Translations under genes and position numbers: made by a program
From: Candidatus Babeliales bacterium
GTDB lineage: Bacteria > Babelota > Babeliae > Babelales > JABCYS01
Assembly (NCBI GenBank): GCA_016929235.1
Contig: JAFGJD010000005.1
Location: forward strand, 156,168-216,852
DNA: 60,685 bases
Direction: 5' to 3'
The notes under the pieces: generated by a model
The model's database searches: none
What the model saw: the letters and a program-made list of their open reading frames with translations, nothing else
Told to the model about the DNA's origin: nothing
Shown here: positions 1 through 9,971 of the stretch, piece by piece
Position numbering within the stretch: the first letter of the stretch is position 1
Layout: every line of letters begins with the position of its first letter

Positions 1-715
1 GACAGCAACACAAGAACGCGAAATGTTACATCAAGACCACTTCACCAAAAGTATCGATGCCTTCAAGCATAAGATCGTGGTACCAACAACCTATGATGTG
101 CCCATAGAAGAACAGCGCGTTATGTCAGCACACCTTGCAGGGCACGCGCTCACGCACATTCTTCTTGATACTGGCAACATTATCCACAAGGTAACAATGC
201 TTCCTATCCAAAAAGATATTAAAGAGCGACAAGTATGGATGGATAATGCAGGTTCAGTTGGCAAAAAGATTACTACATTCGGAGACATCTTCTTATTGCA
301 TAAAACAAACTCATCGGGCATAGATACTATGGAAGAAAAAGAGAACCAGGTAAAAGCCCTTCTTGCAGGACATGCTGCAGAAAAAGTACTGCTTGGCGCA
401 AGTTCCTATGACTACCACAGAGAAGATGTCGAACAGGCACAAAAAGTTCTCGAGCCACTGATTTATCGGGGTATGCACAAAGAAAATCTTTCTAAGTCAG
501 TACTTGATCAAAAATGCACAGAGTTACTACAGCTTATTGATCGGTATGCTGAAGAAGTAACGCATCTCCTTGAAGAGCATAAGGAAGACTTAGAACGGTT
601 GGCAAATGCGCTACAAAAACAAAAGACGTTGACGCTTGGCGATACGGTACAACTGTTACCGCATCTGTTCCAAGAGCTGCAATCTGCGAGCATGACGCCC
701 CCCAGCAAAGCGTGA
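1..715 (+). CDS. FtsH-like protein, C-terminal peptidase M41-like domain (5'-truncated by the window, probably proteolytically inactive)
   Basis: SAHLAGHA aligns with FtsH AYHEAGHA (Glu replaced by Leu). LLAGHAAEKVL matches the LLGGRAAEE motif, and the C-terminus resembles LxxLAxALxxxxTL. Confidence 0.75.
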   Translation, partial: TATQEREMLHQDHFTKSIDAFKHKIVVPTTYDVPIEEQRVMSAHLAGHALTHILLDTGNIIHKVTMLPIQKDIKERQVWMDNAGSVGKKITTFGDIFLLHKTNSSGIDTMEEKENQVKALLAGHAAEKVLLGASSYDYHREDVEQAQKVLEPLIYRGMHKENLSKSVLDQKCTELLQLIDRYAEEVTHLLEEHKEDLERLANALQKQKTLTLGDTVQLLPHLFQELQSASMTPPSKA

Positions 716-1096
716 AGTAATCCACGCCTCAAGAATTTCCTGAGCCCGTGAAGCTGATATATAATCAGCTGGCAGAACAATGACATTTGTATTGTCACGT
801 TCTTTACTTGCGGCGGCCACTGAAGGCTCCCATACAAGACCTGCATATATTCCCGAAAGCCTATTCGCAGCAATACACATACCAATACCACTCCCACACA
901 ACAGCACCCCGCCATCTGACTCTCTTTTGAGGATTGAATCACATACTGCTTTTGCATATATAGGATAATCAGATGGATCCGGCTCGTGAGCACCTTTGTC
1001 GTACCATTCAAGTGTCACATCACTTAACTGTGAAATCTGCTTAAGCAATTCCTTTAACTCGAACCCACGATGATCGGTACCGATTGCCAATTTCAT
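656..1096 (-). CDS. rpiB: Ribose-5-phosphate isomerase B
   Basis: Motifs GTDHRG, DYP, LLCGSGIGMCIAAN and FAGGRHARR; 146 aa. Confidence 0.95.
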   Translation of the reverse strand: MKLAIGTDHRGFELKELLKQISQLSDVTLEWYDKGAHEPDPSDYPIYAKAVCDSILKRESDGGVLLCGSGIGMCIAANRLSGIYAGLVWEPSVAAASKERDNTNVIVLPADYISASRAQEILEAWITSRFAGGRHARRLQLLEQMR

Positions 1097-1764
1097 GCTT
1101 CATCATCCTCTAGGGGAATGATTAATTTCCCCTGCTCATCTAATACCCATTCTGCTTCATCAAATCGATCAATTGTTTGCAGATGAAGAATGATATGTTT
1201 TGTATCTTCGGTAATGATCTCATTACCTTCAAGATCTTTACGCGGGAATTTCACGTGATACACGGTTCTAAACCGCGTCCAATGGTCTTTGAGAAGATAT
1301 TCGTACTCAGGGTTTAACTCAACGTCTTTAATATCTCGCGGTGCATACAATTGACCGTTGACGCGCAAGCGAATATTCCACGGAGACTGTTTATCTCCAA
1401 GCGGCGCAACGTTTTGCTGGACAACTGCAAGTACATAGAATGAAATAAAATTATCATTTTCAGCAAGTTGTCGACGCAAAAATGATTTATGAGCTTCTGT
1501 TGTTTTTCCATGAAATGATGCATTAAGATCTGCATAGACAGTTCGTACTTCATTGGAAAGCCATAGAATGTCAAACAATCCTGCAGTTCCAAATTCATTG
1601 TAGACATTGACTGTTCTGAAATGGTCATTGATAACAGTTCGCGACATTTCTCGTTTTTCGCCTTGGTTAAAGGTCTCAGTTCCCCAATCTATTAACCGAC
1701 CACATCCAGGTAGCAACAAAAGGATCAATGCAACATGCCAAATTCCGTATGGCAAAGACTTCAT
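1093..1764 (-). CDS. Hypothetical lipoprotein
   Basis: Hydrophobic leader ending in lipobox LLPG-C; 4-nt overlap with rpiB suggests translational coupling. Confidence 0.75.
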   Translation of the reverse strand: MKSLPYGIWHVALILLLLPGCGRLIDWGTETFNQGEKREMSRTVINDHFRTVNVYNEFGTAGLFDILWLSNEVRTVYADLNASFHGKTTEAHKSFLRRQLAENDNFISFYVLAVVQQNVAPLGDKQSPWNIRLRVNGQLYAPRDIKDVELNPEYEYLLKDHWTRFRTVYHVKFPRKDLEGNEIITEDTKHIILHLQTIDRFDEAEWVLDEQGKLIIPLEDDEA

Positions 1765-1854
1765 AAATGCGCCCCTTTTTTCTACGCTTACTATCCGTAA
1801 GACAATGATTCTACAACTTGACTCGTAGCCTAGAAAATTTTTTGAGGAAAATCT

Positions 1855-3075
1855 ATGAACTACCTATTCCGCTTACTTGCATGGCGTTACCTTGGAGGAA
1901 CTCGTTACGACAAGAACATCAGCACCATGGCGCACATTGCATTCTGGGGAATTGTCATTGGAACATTTTCGCTTGCACTCGTTGTTGCGATCATGAATGG
2001 ATTTGAGAAGGAAACACATGCAAAGCTGCAAAGCATTAACCCTCAGATCAGCATACGCGCGTTTGGCAATGAACTTGACGTTAAATCATTAACCGATGTT
2101 CTCAACAGAGAATATCCAGAAGTAATTGCAATCGCACCACATGATACAGAGCATGTCATGATTCAAGATCCCCATTCTGATTCCATCCAAACTATCATAG
2201 GGCTTCAGGGCATTATACCCGAACAAGAGCGTCTGGTAACATCGCTAGAAGCATCGCTACAACATTCAAAATCTCTTGAAGATATCATCCACGATAATGG
2301 CGTAGTCATTGGAACAAAACTTGCACAAGGATTGGGAGTACGCAACGGGGACACGGTAACACTCCTCTATGCACCAAGCCGTTCACAAGGATCAACAATC
2401 AAACTCAAACAACGTGAAGCAGTAATAACAGGTATGTTTAGTACCGGCATCGATGACCTGGATACTAGTATAGCATTCTGCCATCTTGATTTTCTTATGA
2501 ACGTTTTTCCCGATGCAGGTCCTACACAACTTGACCTCAAACTAAGACAGGGAATTACAGAAGAACCCATCATCAAATCATTACAGCACCGTCTTGGCAT
2601 AGATGTGTATTCGTGGAAGGATTTGTATCCTGCACTTGTTGCAGCACTCAAACTAGAAAAATATGCAATGTTCTTCATCCTTGCACTTATTACTTTAGTC
2701 GCAAGCATGAATATTATTTCTCTCTTATTCATGCAGATCACACAAAAACGCGGCGACATCGCAATCCTACAAAGCATGGGCGCCACCGCATATGACATTC
2801 GCATGATTTTCATAATGATGGGAATGCTTCTTTCGCTCATGGCAACTATCATCGGACTTATATTCGCATGTGGCGCAAGTTGGATTCTCAATCACTATCC
2901 ATTTATCGCCTTGCCTGATGTGTACTACGTAACCCATTTACCGTCACATATGGAATGGCCTATCATTGTTGCAGTATTTATTGCGGTAGCATTGTTAAGT
3001 CTCATTTCCATTGTTCTGCCAACACGGCGCATCGCAAGCATTTCTGTTTCAAACGTTTTACGCTTTGAAGCGTAA
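1855..3075 (+). CDS. LolC/LolE-family (MacB/FtsX) lipoprotein-releasing ABC permease
   Basis: N-terminal LAWRYL...IAFWGIVIG...VVAIMNGFE, periplasmic domain, then C-terminal TM helices with VASMNIISLL, DIAILQSMGA and DVYYVTHLP. Confidence 0.9.
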   Translation: MNYLFRLLAWRYLGGTRYDKNISTMAHIAFWGIVIGTFSLALVVAIMNGFEKETHAKLQSINPQISIRAFGNELDVKSLTDVLNREYPEVIAIAPHDTEHVMIQDPHSDSIQTIIGLQGIIPEQERLVTSLEASLQHSKSLEDIIHDNGVVIGTKLAQGLGVRNGDTVTLLYAPSRSQGSTIKLKQREAVITGMFSTGIDDLDTSIAFCHLDFLMNVFPDAGPTQLDLKLRQGITEEPIIKSLQHRLGIDVYSWKDLYPALVAALKLEKYAMFFILALITLVASMNIISLLFMQITQKRGDIAILQSMGATAYDIRMIFIMMGMLLSLMATIIGLIFACGASWILNHYPFIALPDVYYVTHLPSHMEWPIIVAVFIAVALLSLISIVLPTRRIASISVSNVLRFEA

Positions 3076-3087
3076 AAAGGAGCAATT

Positions 3088-4251
3088 ATGGATTCGTTCC
3101 GTTCACGGTTAACTGAACTTCCTCTTGATCATAAAAAAGTTTTGTTACGTTTTGATGGCAATGTTCCCATAGAATACGGAAAAATTGTTGACGACTACCG
3201 CCTTGAAGCCCTGAGGCCAACGCTCGATTATCTGAAAAGTAAGCATTGCACAATTATTCTTGCAACACATATTGGACGACCTGAGCATCCATCACCGCAA
3301 TTTTCCACACAACATCTTATGCCATGGTTCACCAAACATGGTTACCCAGTAACTCTTCATCCTAGTCTAGATATCGTTCCAGGTACTGGTGGAATGTTCT
3401 TGCTTGAAAATCTTAGATTTTTCCCAGGTGAGCTCACACAAGATCCAACATTTACAAAACAGCTTGCAAGACTTGCAGACTTTTATGTCACTGAAGCATT
3501 TGGCTCCCTGCACCGAAAGAATGCATCTGTCGTTAACGTTCCAATGTTATTTCCAAAATCACAACGCACCTTCGGATTCCTGGTTGAAAAGGAACTGAAC
3601 GAGCTCTCAAAATTAATCACTGGTCCAAAAAAACCATTCATCATCCTATGCGGCGGAGGAAAAGCACACGATAAAATACCACTCCTTCTGAACCTGATGC
3701 CATTTGCAGATACCATGCTCATCCTGCCAGCCATCGCCCATACATTTGCTCAAGAGCTCGGCAAGCAAATGGGAAAATCTATTAAGGAACCTACAGCCAC
3801 CGTCCGCCCTATACTCGAGAAGGCTCGTGAAACAGGCACGCGTATCCTTCTCCCACGGGACTACCAAATCGCCAACGACTCGTTCGAGGGGCCGCTGTCT
3901 TATACAACCTCTGATGAAATACCCAAAAATGGCGTTGGAATCAGCATTGGCCCCAAAACAATACAGGCCTTCGATAAGAAGATTGCCGAAGGCCAGACAA
4001 TTTTTTTTAACGGAATCCCTGGTTTACTTAAACGCCCTGAGACACTCGAAGGCGCCCGTGAGCTTCTAACGAGCATGGCACATGCTAGGGGATACACAGT
4101 AATTGGAGGAGGAGATACAGTTGCAGTCGCTCGACTATTTAACCTTGATCATCAGATTGATTTTTGCTCGACAGGAGGGGGTGCAACCCTGGCGTATTTA
4201 AGCGGGACACAACTGCCAGGCTTGGCACCCTTTATTGCTTCTTCCACTTAG
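3088..4251 (+). CDS. pgk: Phosphoglycerate kinase
   Basis: Motifs RxDxNVP, THIGRP, LLENLRF, GGGKAHDK, GGGDT and STGGGA; AGGAG RBS upstream. Confidence 0.97.
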   Translation: MDSFRSRLTELPLDHKKVLLRFDGNVPIEYGKIVDDYRLEALRPTLDYLKSKHCTIILATHIGRPEHPSPQFSTQHLMPWFTKHGYPVTLHPSLDIVPGTGGMFLLENLRFFPGELTQDPTFTKQLARLADFYVTEAFGSLHRKNASVVNVPMLFPKSQRTFGFLVEKELNELSKLITGPKKPFIILCGGGKAHDKIPLLLNLMPFADTMLILPAIAHTFAQELGKQMGKSIKEPTATVRPILEKARETGTRILLPRDYQIANDSFEGPLSYTTSDEIPKNGVGISIGPKTIQAFDKKIAEGQTIFFNGIPGLLKRPETLEGARELLTSMAHARGYTVIGGGDTVAVARLFNLDHQIDFCSTGGGATLAYLSGTQLPGLAPFIASST

Positions 4252-4369
4252 CAAGTCCACTACCAGAAGACTGGGTTCTTAAAGCCTTACATGGACGAGC
4301 CTTGGGCTGGTTAAGAGCTCTTTTGACCGCTTTCTTACATTTTTTATGTTTGGTTGCTTTTCCAGCCAT
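4232..4369 (-). CDS. Small highly basic protein, 45 aa (MAGKATKHKKCKKAVKRALNQPKARPCKALRTQSSGSGLAKWKKQ)
   Basis: Manually translated; AGGAAG precedes the ATG; starts 8 nt after the stop of the upstream small ORF. Below the ORF-track size cutoff. Confidence 0.55.
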   Translation of the reverse strand: MAGKATKHKKCKKAVKRALNQPKARPCKALRTQSSGSGLAKWKKQ

Positions 4370-4377
4370 AATTCTTC

Positions 4378-4518
4378 CTAACGGTTACGCATACCTTTTT
4401 TATCTACGAGTGTTTGCACTTGAGCAGCCCGACAACTTCGGGCATAGTGATCCGCCTTAACCACCACCCAGTCGAATAACATATACACGCCAATCAACAC
4501 CAACAACCTCATTTTCAT
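4378..4518 (-). CDS. Small protein with hydrophobic N-terminus, 46 aa (MKMRLLVLIGVYMLFDWVVVKADHYARSCRAAQVQTLVDKKGMRNR)
   Basis: Manually translated; purine-rich GGAGAGGGG upstream; signal/TM-like N-terminus. Confidence 0.5.
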   Translation of the reverse strand: MKMRLLVLIGVYMLFDWVVVKADHYARSCRAAQVQTLVDKKGMRNR

Positions 4519-4777
4519 CGCCCCTCTCCCACACTGTCATCAAATTGAGCACCCTCTTTATTATTAAGCATACCAGGGCCAAATTTCGAATTGCAATAAT
4601 CTGTCAACGTCAAGCATTGACCACATAAAATAACGCATATCAGCCGCCACATTGCCATAAACAATGTCGGCCGCTCAAACTCATTTCATATAGAATCTGT
4701 TAGAAATGAAAAATACCCCTGCCTCGGCGGAAAAGAGAATTGCTCCGACAGAAATAAGAGAATGTGGCTAGAAAGTT

Positions 4778-5329
4778 TTAAAAGAGAGGACAGAAGCTCA
4801 GGAGATAGAGGCTGCTTTGTAGCTGTTCGTTAAGTTCATCAAGGCGATGTTCATGCTCATAGACAAGGTATCCGTAATTGCCATGACGCATGACCCATAC
4901 GTGGAATGCTGGAGCATGAAAATCAAATTGTTGCGCAATTTCTGTTAACGAACGTTTTGTTTCGTCAATTTCTTCCGCAGCAATTGTATTATGTGCAAAG
5001 TCTTTCACTAACTGATTAAATGTCGATTGCTCCATATGCTGTGTAAATGCCGCATGGTCTTCCCAGATTGGTTCGAGATATGATTCGGCTTTGGAAAAGC
5101 CAACAACACCTTTAAGCATATTAAAATCGGGGCTATCTACAAAGAAAGCTGCCTTGGTAAGATTAAAACAGCTATCTTGACACAACTCATGAAGTACAAA
5201 TTCGGAAACATTATTATTATTCTGCAACGACATCATTCGCCGAGGCAAATCTGCCAAGCACTTTAATATATTGGCATGTTGATCGAATGTTTCACCGCTC
5301 GTTGTCGAGGTTATTTCAGACTTCTTCAT
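4778..5329 (-). CDS. Hypothetical protein, possibly a partial GAF-like fold
   Basis: 183-aa ORF with GAGGG RBS. The pattern AAFFVD...LKGVVG is reminiscent of the first GAF strands (weak). Confidence 0.6.
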   Translation of the reverse strand: MKKSEITSTTSGETFDQHANILKCLADLPRRMMSLQNNNNVSEFVLHELCQDSCFNLTKAAFFVDSPDFNMLKGVVGFSKAESYLEPIWEDHAAFTQHMEQSTFNQLVKDFAHNTIAAEEIDETKRSLTEIAQQFDFHAPAFHVWVMRHGNYGYLVYEHEHRLDELNEQLQSSLYLLSFCPLF

Positions 5330-5467
5330 AGCTCTACCCCTCAGTCACTCACCCTCATCTCCAGTATCTAGCAACAACCATACTCCACATATAAAACAAC
5401 ATCAACCCTCCCTTAATATTGAGTATATTTATAGCCATGGAACGCTTTTTTTTCTATACTCGCAACA

Positions 5468-6526
5468 ATGATACATGAAGAAGAAAGAAGGGAATATCGT
5501 TTGAAAGGACCTTTTTTTAAGTTTCTTGGCGTTGCGCTTGCGACGTTGTCTTTAGAATCTCGATCTCTTTTGCGACCGGCAGAGATACTACCAGAAATTA
5601 CAACCCGATGGAGTGAGGATTCTGTATCATTTACACTCAAAGATTCTCATCTTGAAGAGGGGCCGGTATTCCACACGTTTGATAAAAAATTTTTTTACAA
5701 ACATCTTCTACCATCTGGACCCATTAAGTATCGCCACCATCCAGAACAAATGGTCACTGGTAAAAAACTTAGCGAACTTATTGAACATCTTATCGTAGAA
5801 ATTAAACAACACAAACGGTTCTTTAGAGATTTCATTCCCATCAAAACACGAGAGTTTCAACAAAAAGATTTTTGTGGACTTCTTGTTCTAAAGTTTAAAA
5901 ACTATCCCTTCGTTCTGAAGCTCTTTGCAGAAAATCCCAAAAGTTTTGTTTCGCCTTACTCCAAAGGGTTTGAGTCCAGTCTCTTTTTTGTAATGGGACG
6001 AGGCATCATGCGCCACTTAACTGGATTTACACGCATTCAAAACCTAGAAGAGGTCAAAGTCATGATAGCCCAAGACCCTTACTGGTCCTCCATTATTGAT
6101 ATGCCACGCAAATGGTATTGGATGCCAAAAAAAAATGACTGGATAGAAGTCACGGGAAAACATATCAACGGCAAAGATGATCTTAAAATAGACATTCCAG
6201 CATTATATGGACTTGTGTGTGATGAAATACAGATTGATCATTCACCCAATCTGTTTCAGCGACATCACGCCCGACGCTGTATGCGGCTATGTCAATACGT
6301 TAATTTTCAACTCGATCCTCACATCAAGAACTTTTATATTGAAAAAGAAACAGGAAAGCTCGCACTTATCGATACAGAACATTTCCATATGCTTTGCGGA
6401 GTGGACGAAACATGGAAGGCTGACAATTACACTTCATGGTATCTAAAACTCACAGGAAAATATCTCAAAGACAAATTTTTTAGAACTAAAAGCGAACGCA
6501 TTCGCGCGCAACAACCACGAACTTAA
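5468..6526 (+). CDS. Putative exported atypical kinase-like protein (likely start TTG at 5501)
   Basis: Signal-like N-terminus (KGPFFKFLGVALATLSLES); FVLKLF (beta3 Lys), DPHIKN (catalytic-loop-like) and ALIDTE (DFG-like). Confidence 0.6.
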   Translation: MIHEEERREYRLKGPFFKFLGVALATLSLESRSLLRPAEILPEITTRWSEDSVSFTLKDSHLEEGPVFHTFDKKFFYKHLLPSGPIKYRHHPEQMVTGKKLSELIEHLIVEIKQHKRFFRDFIPIKTREFQQKDFCGLLVLKFKNYPFVLKLFAENPKSFVSPYSKGFESSLFFVMGRGIMRHLTGFTRIQNLEEVKVMIAQDPYWSSIIDMPRKWYWMPKKNDWIEVTGKHINGKDDLKIDIPALYGLVCDEIQIDHSPNLFQRHHARRCMRLCQYVNFQLDPHIKNFYIEKETGKLALIDTEHFHMLCGVDETWKADNYTSWYLKLTGKYLKDKFFRTKSERIRAQQPRT

Positions 6527-7905
6527 CCCAAGATCTTTTCTTCAAGTTTTTGAATCTGATCTTGAAAATCAGGATTACGTTTCATATATTTTTGCACTTT
6601 ACCTACTGCGTGAATCACCGTTGAGTGATCCTTGCGTCCAAGGAAAGAACCAATCTCACTCAAAGACTTATTCGTCATCTTTTTCATAAGAAACATTGCA
6701 ACCTGACGCGCAAGAGATATCTCTTTTGCTCGATTATTTGAGCGAAGATCTTGGACACTATACGCATAATAATCTGACACGTTACGCAAAACATGATCAA
6801 GATCTATAACAGCTGTATTGCGATTATGAGATGCTCGTGGACGCCATAATACTTTTTGTGCAAGTTCAACCGTAATTGGTTGTTGAGTAAGAGATGAGAA
6901 AGCAATAACACGAATCAATGATCCTTCAAGCTCTCGTACATTTGATCGTATTCTCTTGGCAAGAAACTCGGCTACATCTTCACGAAGTGTCATCCCATTC
7001 GAATGTGCTTTTCGTTTCAATATTGCCATCTTCGTTTCAAGACTTGGCGCTTGAACATCAACAACAAGTCCCCATGCCAACCGCGAACGCAAACGATCGG
7101 CAAGTCCTTTGATTTCTTGTGGATATGTATCACTCGAAAGCACAATCTGTTTATGCGAGTCGTGAAGAACATTAAAGATATGAAAGAATGCTTCTTGTGT
7201 CTGTTCTTTGTTAGCAATGAACTGAATATCATCAACTAACAATGCATCAACGTTTTTATATTTTGCATGGAAGCGATGAATTTTATCAAACCGAATTGCG
7301 TTGATAAACTCATTCACAAAGCGATCTGCAGGCTGATATAACACGGTAGCATGATGATTACGCTCTTTAATGCCATTACCTATCGCATGCAAAAGATGTG
7401 TTTTCCCAAGACCAGAATCACCATATATAAATAATGGATTATAAACATATCCAACATTCTCTTTAATCGCATGGGCAGCTGCATATGCAAGTTGATTACT
7501 TGGACCAACAACAAATGTATCAAAGGTATAACTACTACTAAGATGACTTACAGAACAGAATTCAGTGCGTCTTGCCGGAATAGTAAGAATTCCCTCTTTG
7601 CGTTGTTCTGAGAGAATCAAATGTGCCCCCTTGACTTGAGTCGGAGCGGAAGCTTTTTGTTCATCGGTAAAAACAAGCTTAAGAGAAGTAACATTAAGTA
7701 AACGACCAAGATGAAGTTCAAACAAATCTTCGTGATGCATACGCAAATAATCTTTCACAAACGAATTTGGTGCGCGAAGATACACAATCTTTTCTCGCGC
7801 ATCCCAACGCTCCAACGCAACGGCCTTGAGCCAGGTCTCGACCACCTGCGTACCAACTTCCTTTTGAACTATAGAAAGAAAATCTTGCCAGATTTGTTGT
7901 ATCAC
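6523..7905 (-). CDS. dnaA: Chromosomal replication initiator DnaA
   Basis: YTFDTFVVGPSN, YNPLFIYGDSGLGKTHL, LLVDDIQF, NVRELEG, RQVAMFL and GRKDHSTVIHA. Confidence 0.99.
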   Translation of the reverse strand: MIQQIWQDFLSIVQKEVGTQVVETWLKAVALERWDAREKIVYLRAPNSFVKDYLRMHHEDLFELHLGRLLNVTSLKLVFTDEQKASAPTQVKGAHLILSEQRKEGILTIPARRTEFCSVSHLSSSYTFDTFVVGPSNQLAYAAAHAIKENVGYVYNPLFIYGDSGLGKTHLLHAIGNGIKERNHHATVLYQPADRFVNEFINAIRFDKIHRFHAKYKNVDALLVDDIQFIANKEQTQEAFFHIFNVLHDSHKQIVLSSDTYPQEIKGLADRLRSRLAWGLVVDVQAPSLETKMAILKRKAHSNGMTLREDVAEFLAKRIRSNVRELEGSLIRVIAFSSLTQQPITVELAQKVLWRPRASHNRNTAVIDLDHVLRNVSDYYAYSVQDLRSNNRAKEISLARQVAMFLMKKMTNKSLSEIGSFLGRKDHSTVIHAVGKVQKYMKRNPDFQDQIQKLEEKILG

Positions 7906-8001
7906 GCCATCGCTCTATCAGTTTTAGTAAATTTGTGAGAAACTTGTGACCAGTTTACGGAAGAAACAGATGTTAGTGTATAACGCTCGAGAAAAAAATC
8001 T

Positions 8002-8685
8002 ATGAAAATCCGTACCCTCTTATTAGCCCTTTCATGCACAGCCTTTATCCCATCATGCGGCAAAAAAAAGAAAAGAAACACAGCCCAAGAACATTATCAT
8101 AATAGCATACGCGCGGCATCAACAGGTAACATCGAGCTTGCCATAACATGCATCGATAAAGCACTTGTACGCGACAAGCGGCCACAGCATCTGGCACTTA
8201 AAGCAACGCTGTGTTATCAAAACCACGACTTTGACACTAGCAAAAAATTGTTTGAACAATGCCTTAAGGATAAAACTATCACCGTAGAATATGCTGCGGA
8301 CGTTAGTAATAATTACGCATGCGTCCTAAATCAGATAGGAGATCGCACGTCAGCAGAACGTATCTGGAAATCATTAACCATGAATTCACACTATAGCTCA
8401 CCAGAGGTTGCATGGTTTAATCTGGGATTACGCGCTTGGAACGATTACATCATACTCAAGCCGACTCAACATAAACAACACGCGCAAGCAGCATTAAAGA
8501 TTGCACAACAACGATTTGAGAAAGCTCTTCTACTTGAGCCAAACTATATAGATGCATTATATTGCAAAGCACAGGCACAAATTGAGATGAAACAAAAAGC
8601 ACAGGCAAAAAAAAGCCTGTCAAATTTACTTGCTCTTACCCCTAATCATTCAGGAGCACGCAATCTTATTGCCGCCCTAAAGTAG
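8002..8685 (+). CDS. TPR-repeat lipoprotein (PilF/PilW-like)
   Basis: Lipobox FIPS-C; TPR patterns including NNYACVL, YSSPEVAWFNLG and FEKALLLEPNY. Confidence 0.75.
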   Translation: MKIRTLLLALSCTAFIPSCGKKKKRNTAQEHYHNSIRAASTGNIELAITCIDKALVRDKRPQHLALKATLCYQNHDFDTSKKLFEQCLKDKTITVEYAADVSNNYACVLNQIGDRTSAERIWKSLTMNSHYSSPEVAWFNLGLRAWNDYIILKPTQHKQHAQAALKIAQQRFEKALLLEPNYIDALYCKAQAQIEMKQKAQAKKSLSNLLALTPNHSGARNLIAALK

Positions 8686-8693
8686 CACCCACT

Positions 8694-9866
8694 TTAAAAA
8701 ATCCTATCTAACCGTTTGATATAGGATTCAATCCCGGCACAAATTCCTCGTGCTAGATGATTTTGGTAAGTTTGTGACGCAAGACGCTTGGCCTCTTGTT
8801 CGTTGGACAAAAATCCCATCTCAATAAGCGCAGAAGGCATATCCGTCCCAAGCAATACTTGAGACATAGCACGCTTCACCTGTCTATCTTTCACCTGCAA
8901 AGTATGTAATCGCGCTGATTGGATGACATGCTCATGCACAGACTGCGCAAGAAGCGCACTTTGTTTGTACCAGCAATTTCTTGCTTCAATACTTGGAGTA
9001 AAATCATCTATTTGCTCGACATGGGGCAAGCAAGAGTCTTGCACACAAAATGTTTCAATTCCCGAGGCTGTCTCTGGACCACTGTTTGAATGTAAAGAAA
9101 TAAACAAATCTGCTTGCGCCTTTGTATTAGCAAATGTTGTACGATCATCAAGCGAGACGAATTGATCATCACTACGCGTCATAGAAACAGAAAAGCCTTT
9201 TTTAGATAAGAGCTTTGCAACCTTAAAGCCAACGGCAAGATTAATGTCTTTTTCTTGGATATCGAACCATCCGACTTTTCCTCTATCAGCCCCACCGTGA
9301 CCAATGTCCAAAACTATATGAATTTTTTTTTTATCATTCCATGCAATATGATGAATTGCCGCAGTCTTTTTATTCAGCTCATATATGAATTGCCGTTTAT
9401 TTAATGCAATCAATAGCGCGCCCTTTTGTCCGATTGAAGTAAACGGCGCATATTCAACAGCAATCTCCTGAGGATTATATCGAATAGAGACCATAACCCC
9501 TTTTTTTGGCGCCTGGCACTCATAGCATGATACTTCGTAAAAACTATTTTTACCCCTATTCATTTGATATAGAGATTTTCTTACGTCATTCTTAGCAATA
9601 CTTGCCATAGGAAGATGCAAACGGACCTCTTTCCATCCATCCTTCTTTTTTCCAACCTCGTACGATGCAAGCGGAAGACATACACATTCAGGGGTCCCTG
9701 AAAAATAAAATGATAATTTATCGGACAGCCGACCTTTATGGCAATAGGCTTCATTCAAATAGACAGGATCGCCTCCATAAACCCGCACCCCTACGCTTAC
9801 ACAAAAAAGAACTGCTGCAAACAATCTAATACAAACAATCTTCATACTAATTCCCCACTGAAGCAT
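8694..9866 (-). CDS. N-acetylmuramoyl-L-alanine amidase (Amidase_3; likely start 9845)
   Basis: LDIGHGG, QEKDINL, LFISLHSN and SALIEMGFLSN zinc/catalytic motifs; signal peptide. Confidence 0.93.
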   Translation of the reverse strand: MLQWGISMKIVCIRLFAAVLFCVSVGVRVYGGDPVYLNEAYCHKGRLSDKLSFYFSGTPECVCLPLASYEVGKKKDGWKEVRLHLPMASIAKNDVRKSLYQMNRGKNSFYEVSCYECQAPKKGVMVSIRYNPQEIAVEYAPFTSIGQKGALLIALNKRQFIYELNKKTAAIHHIAWNDKKKIHIVLDIGHGGADRGKVGWFDIQEKDINLAVGFKVAKLLSKKGFSVSMTRSDDQFVSLDDRTTFANTKAQADLFISLHSNSGPETASGIETFCVQDSCLPHVEQIDDFTPSIEARNCWYKQSALLAQSVHEHVIQSARLHTLQVKDRQVKRAMSQVLLGTDMPSALIEMGFLSNEQEAKRLASQTYQNHLARGICAGIESYIKRLDRIF

Positions 9867-9971
9867 TTATATTTTGCTCATGCTTATCCTTCTTAAATCG
9901 TACCGATGTCAGTTTCTATTTGTCAACGAAATGGTCGCTTTTTGCAGAGAAACGCTATCTCTCGCACGCTC

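Noticed and set aside
180..188. Perfect DnaA box TTATCCACA
   Set aside because: Single copy inside a coding region, more than 6 kb from dnaA; compatible with chance.
4164..4460. 98-aa plus-strand ORF overlapping the pgk end
   Set aside because: Out-of-frame overlap with pgk and no RBS; the minus-strand small ORFs have better signals.
4642..4676. Imperfect inverted repeat around ACATTG/CAATGT
   Set aside because: Weak stem, no U-tract, no recognisable RNA family.
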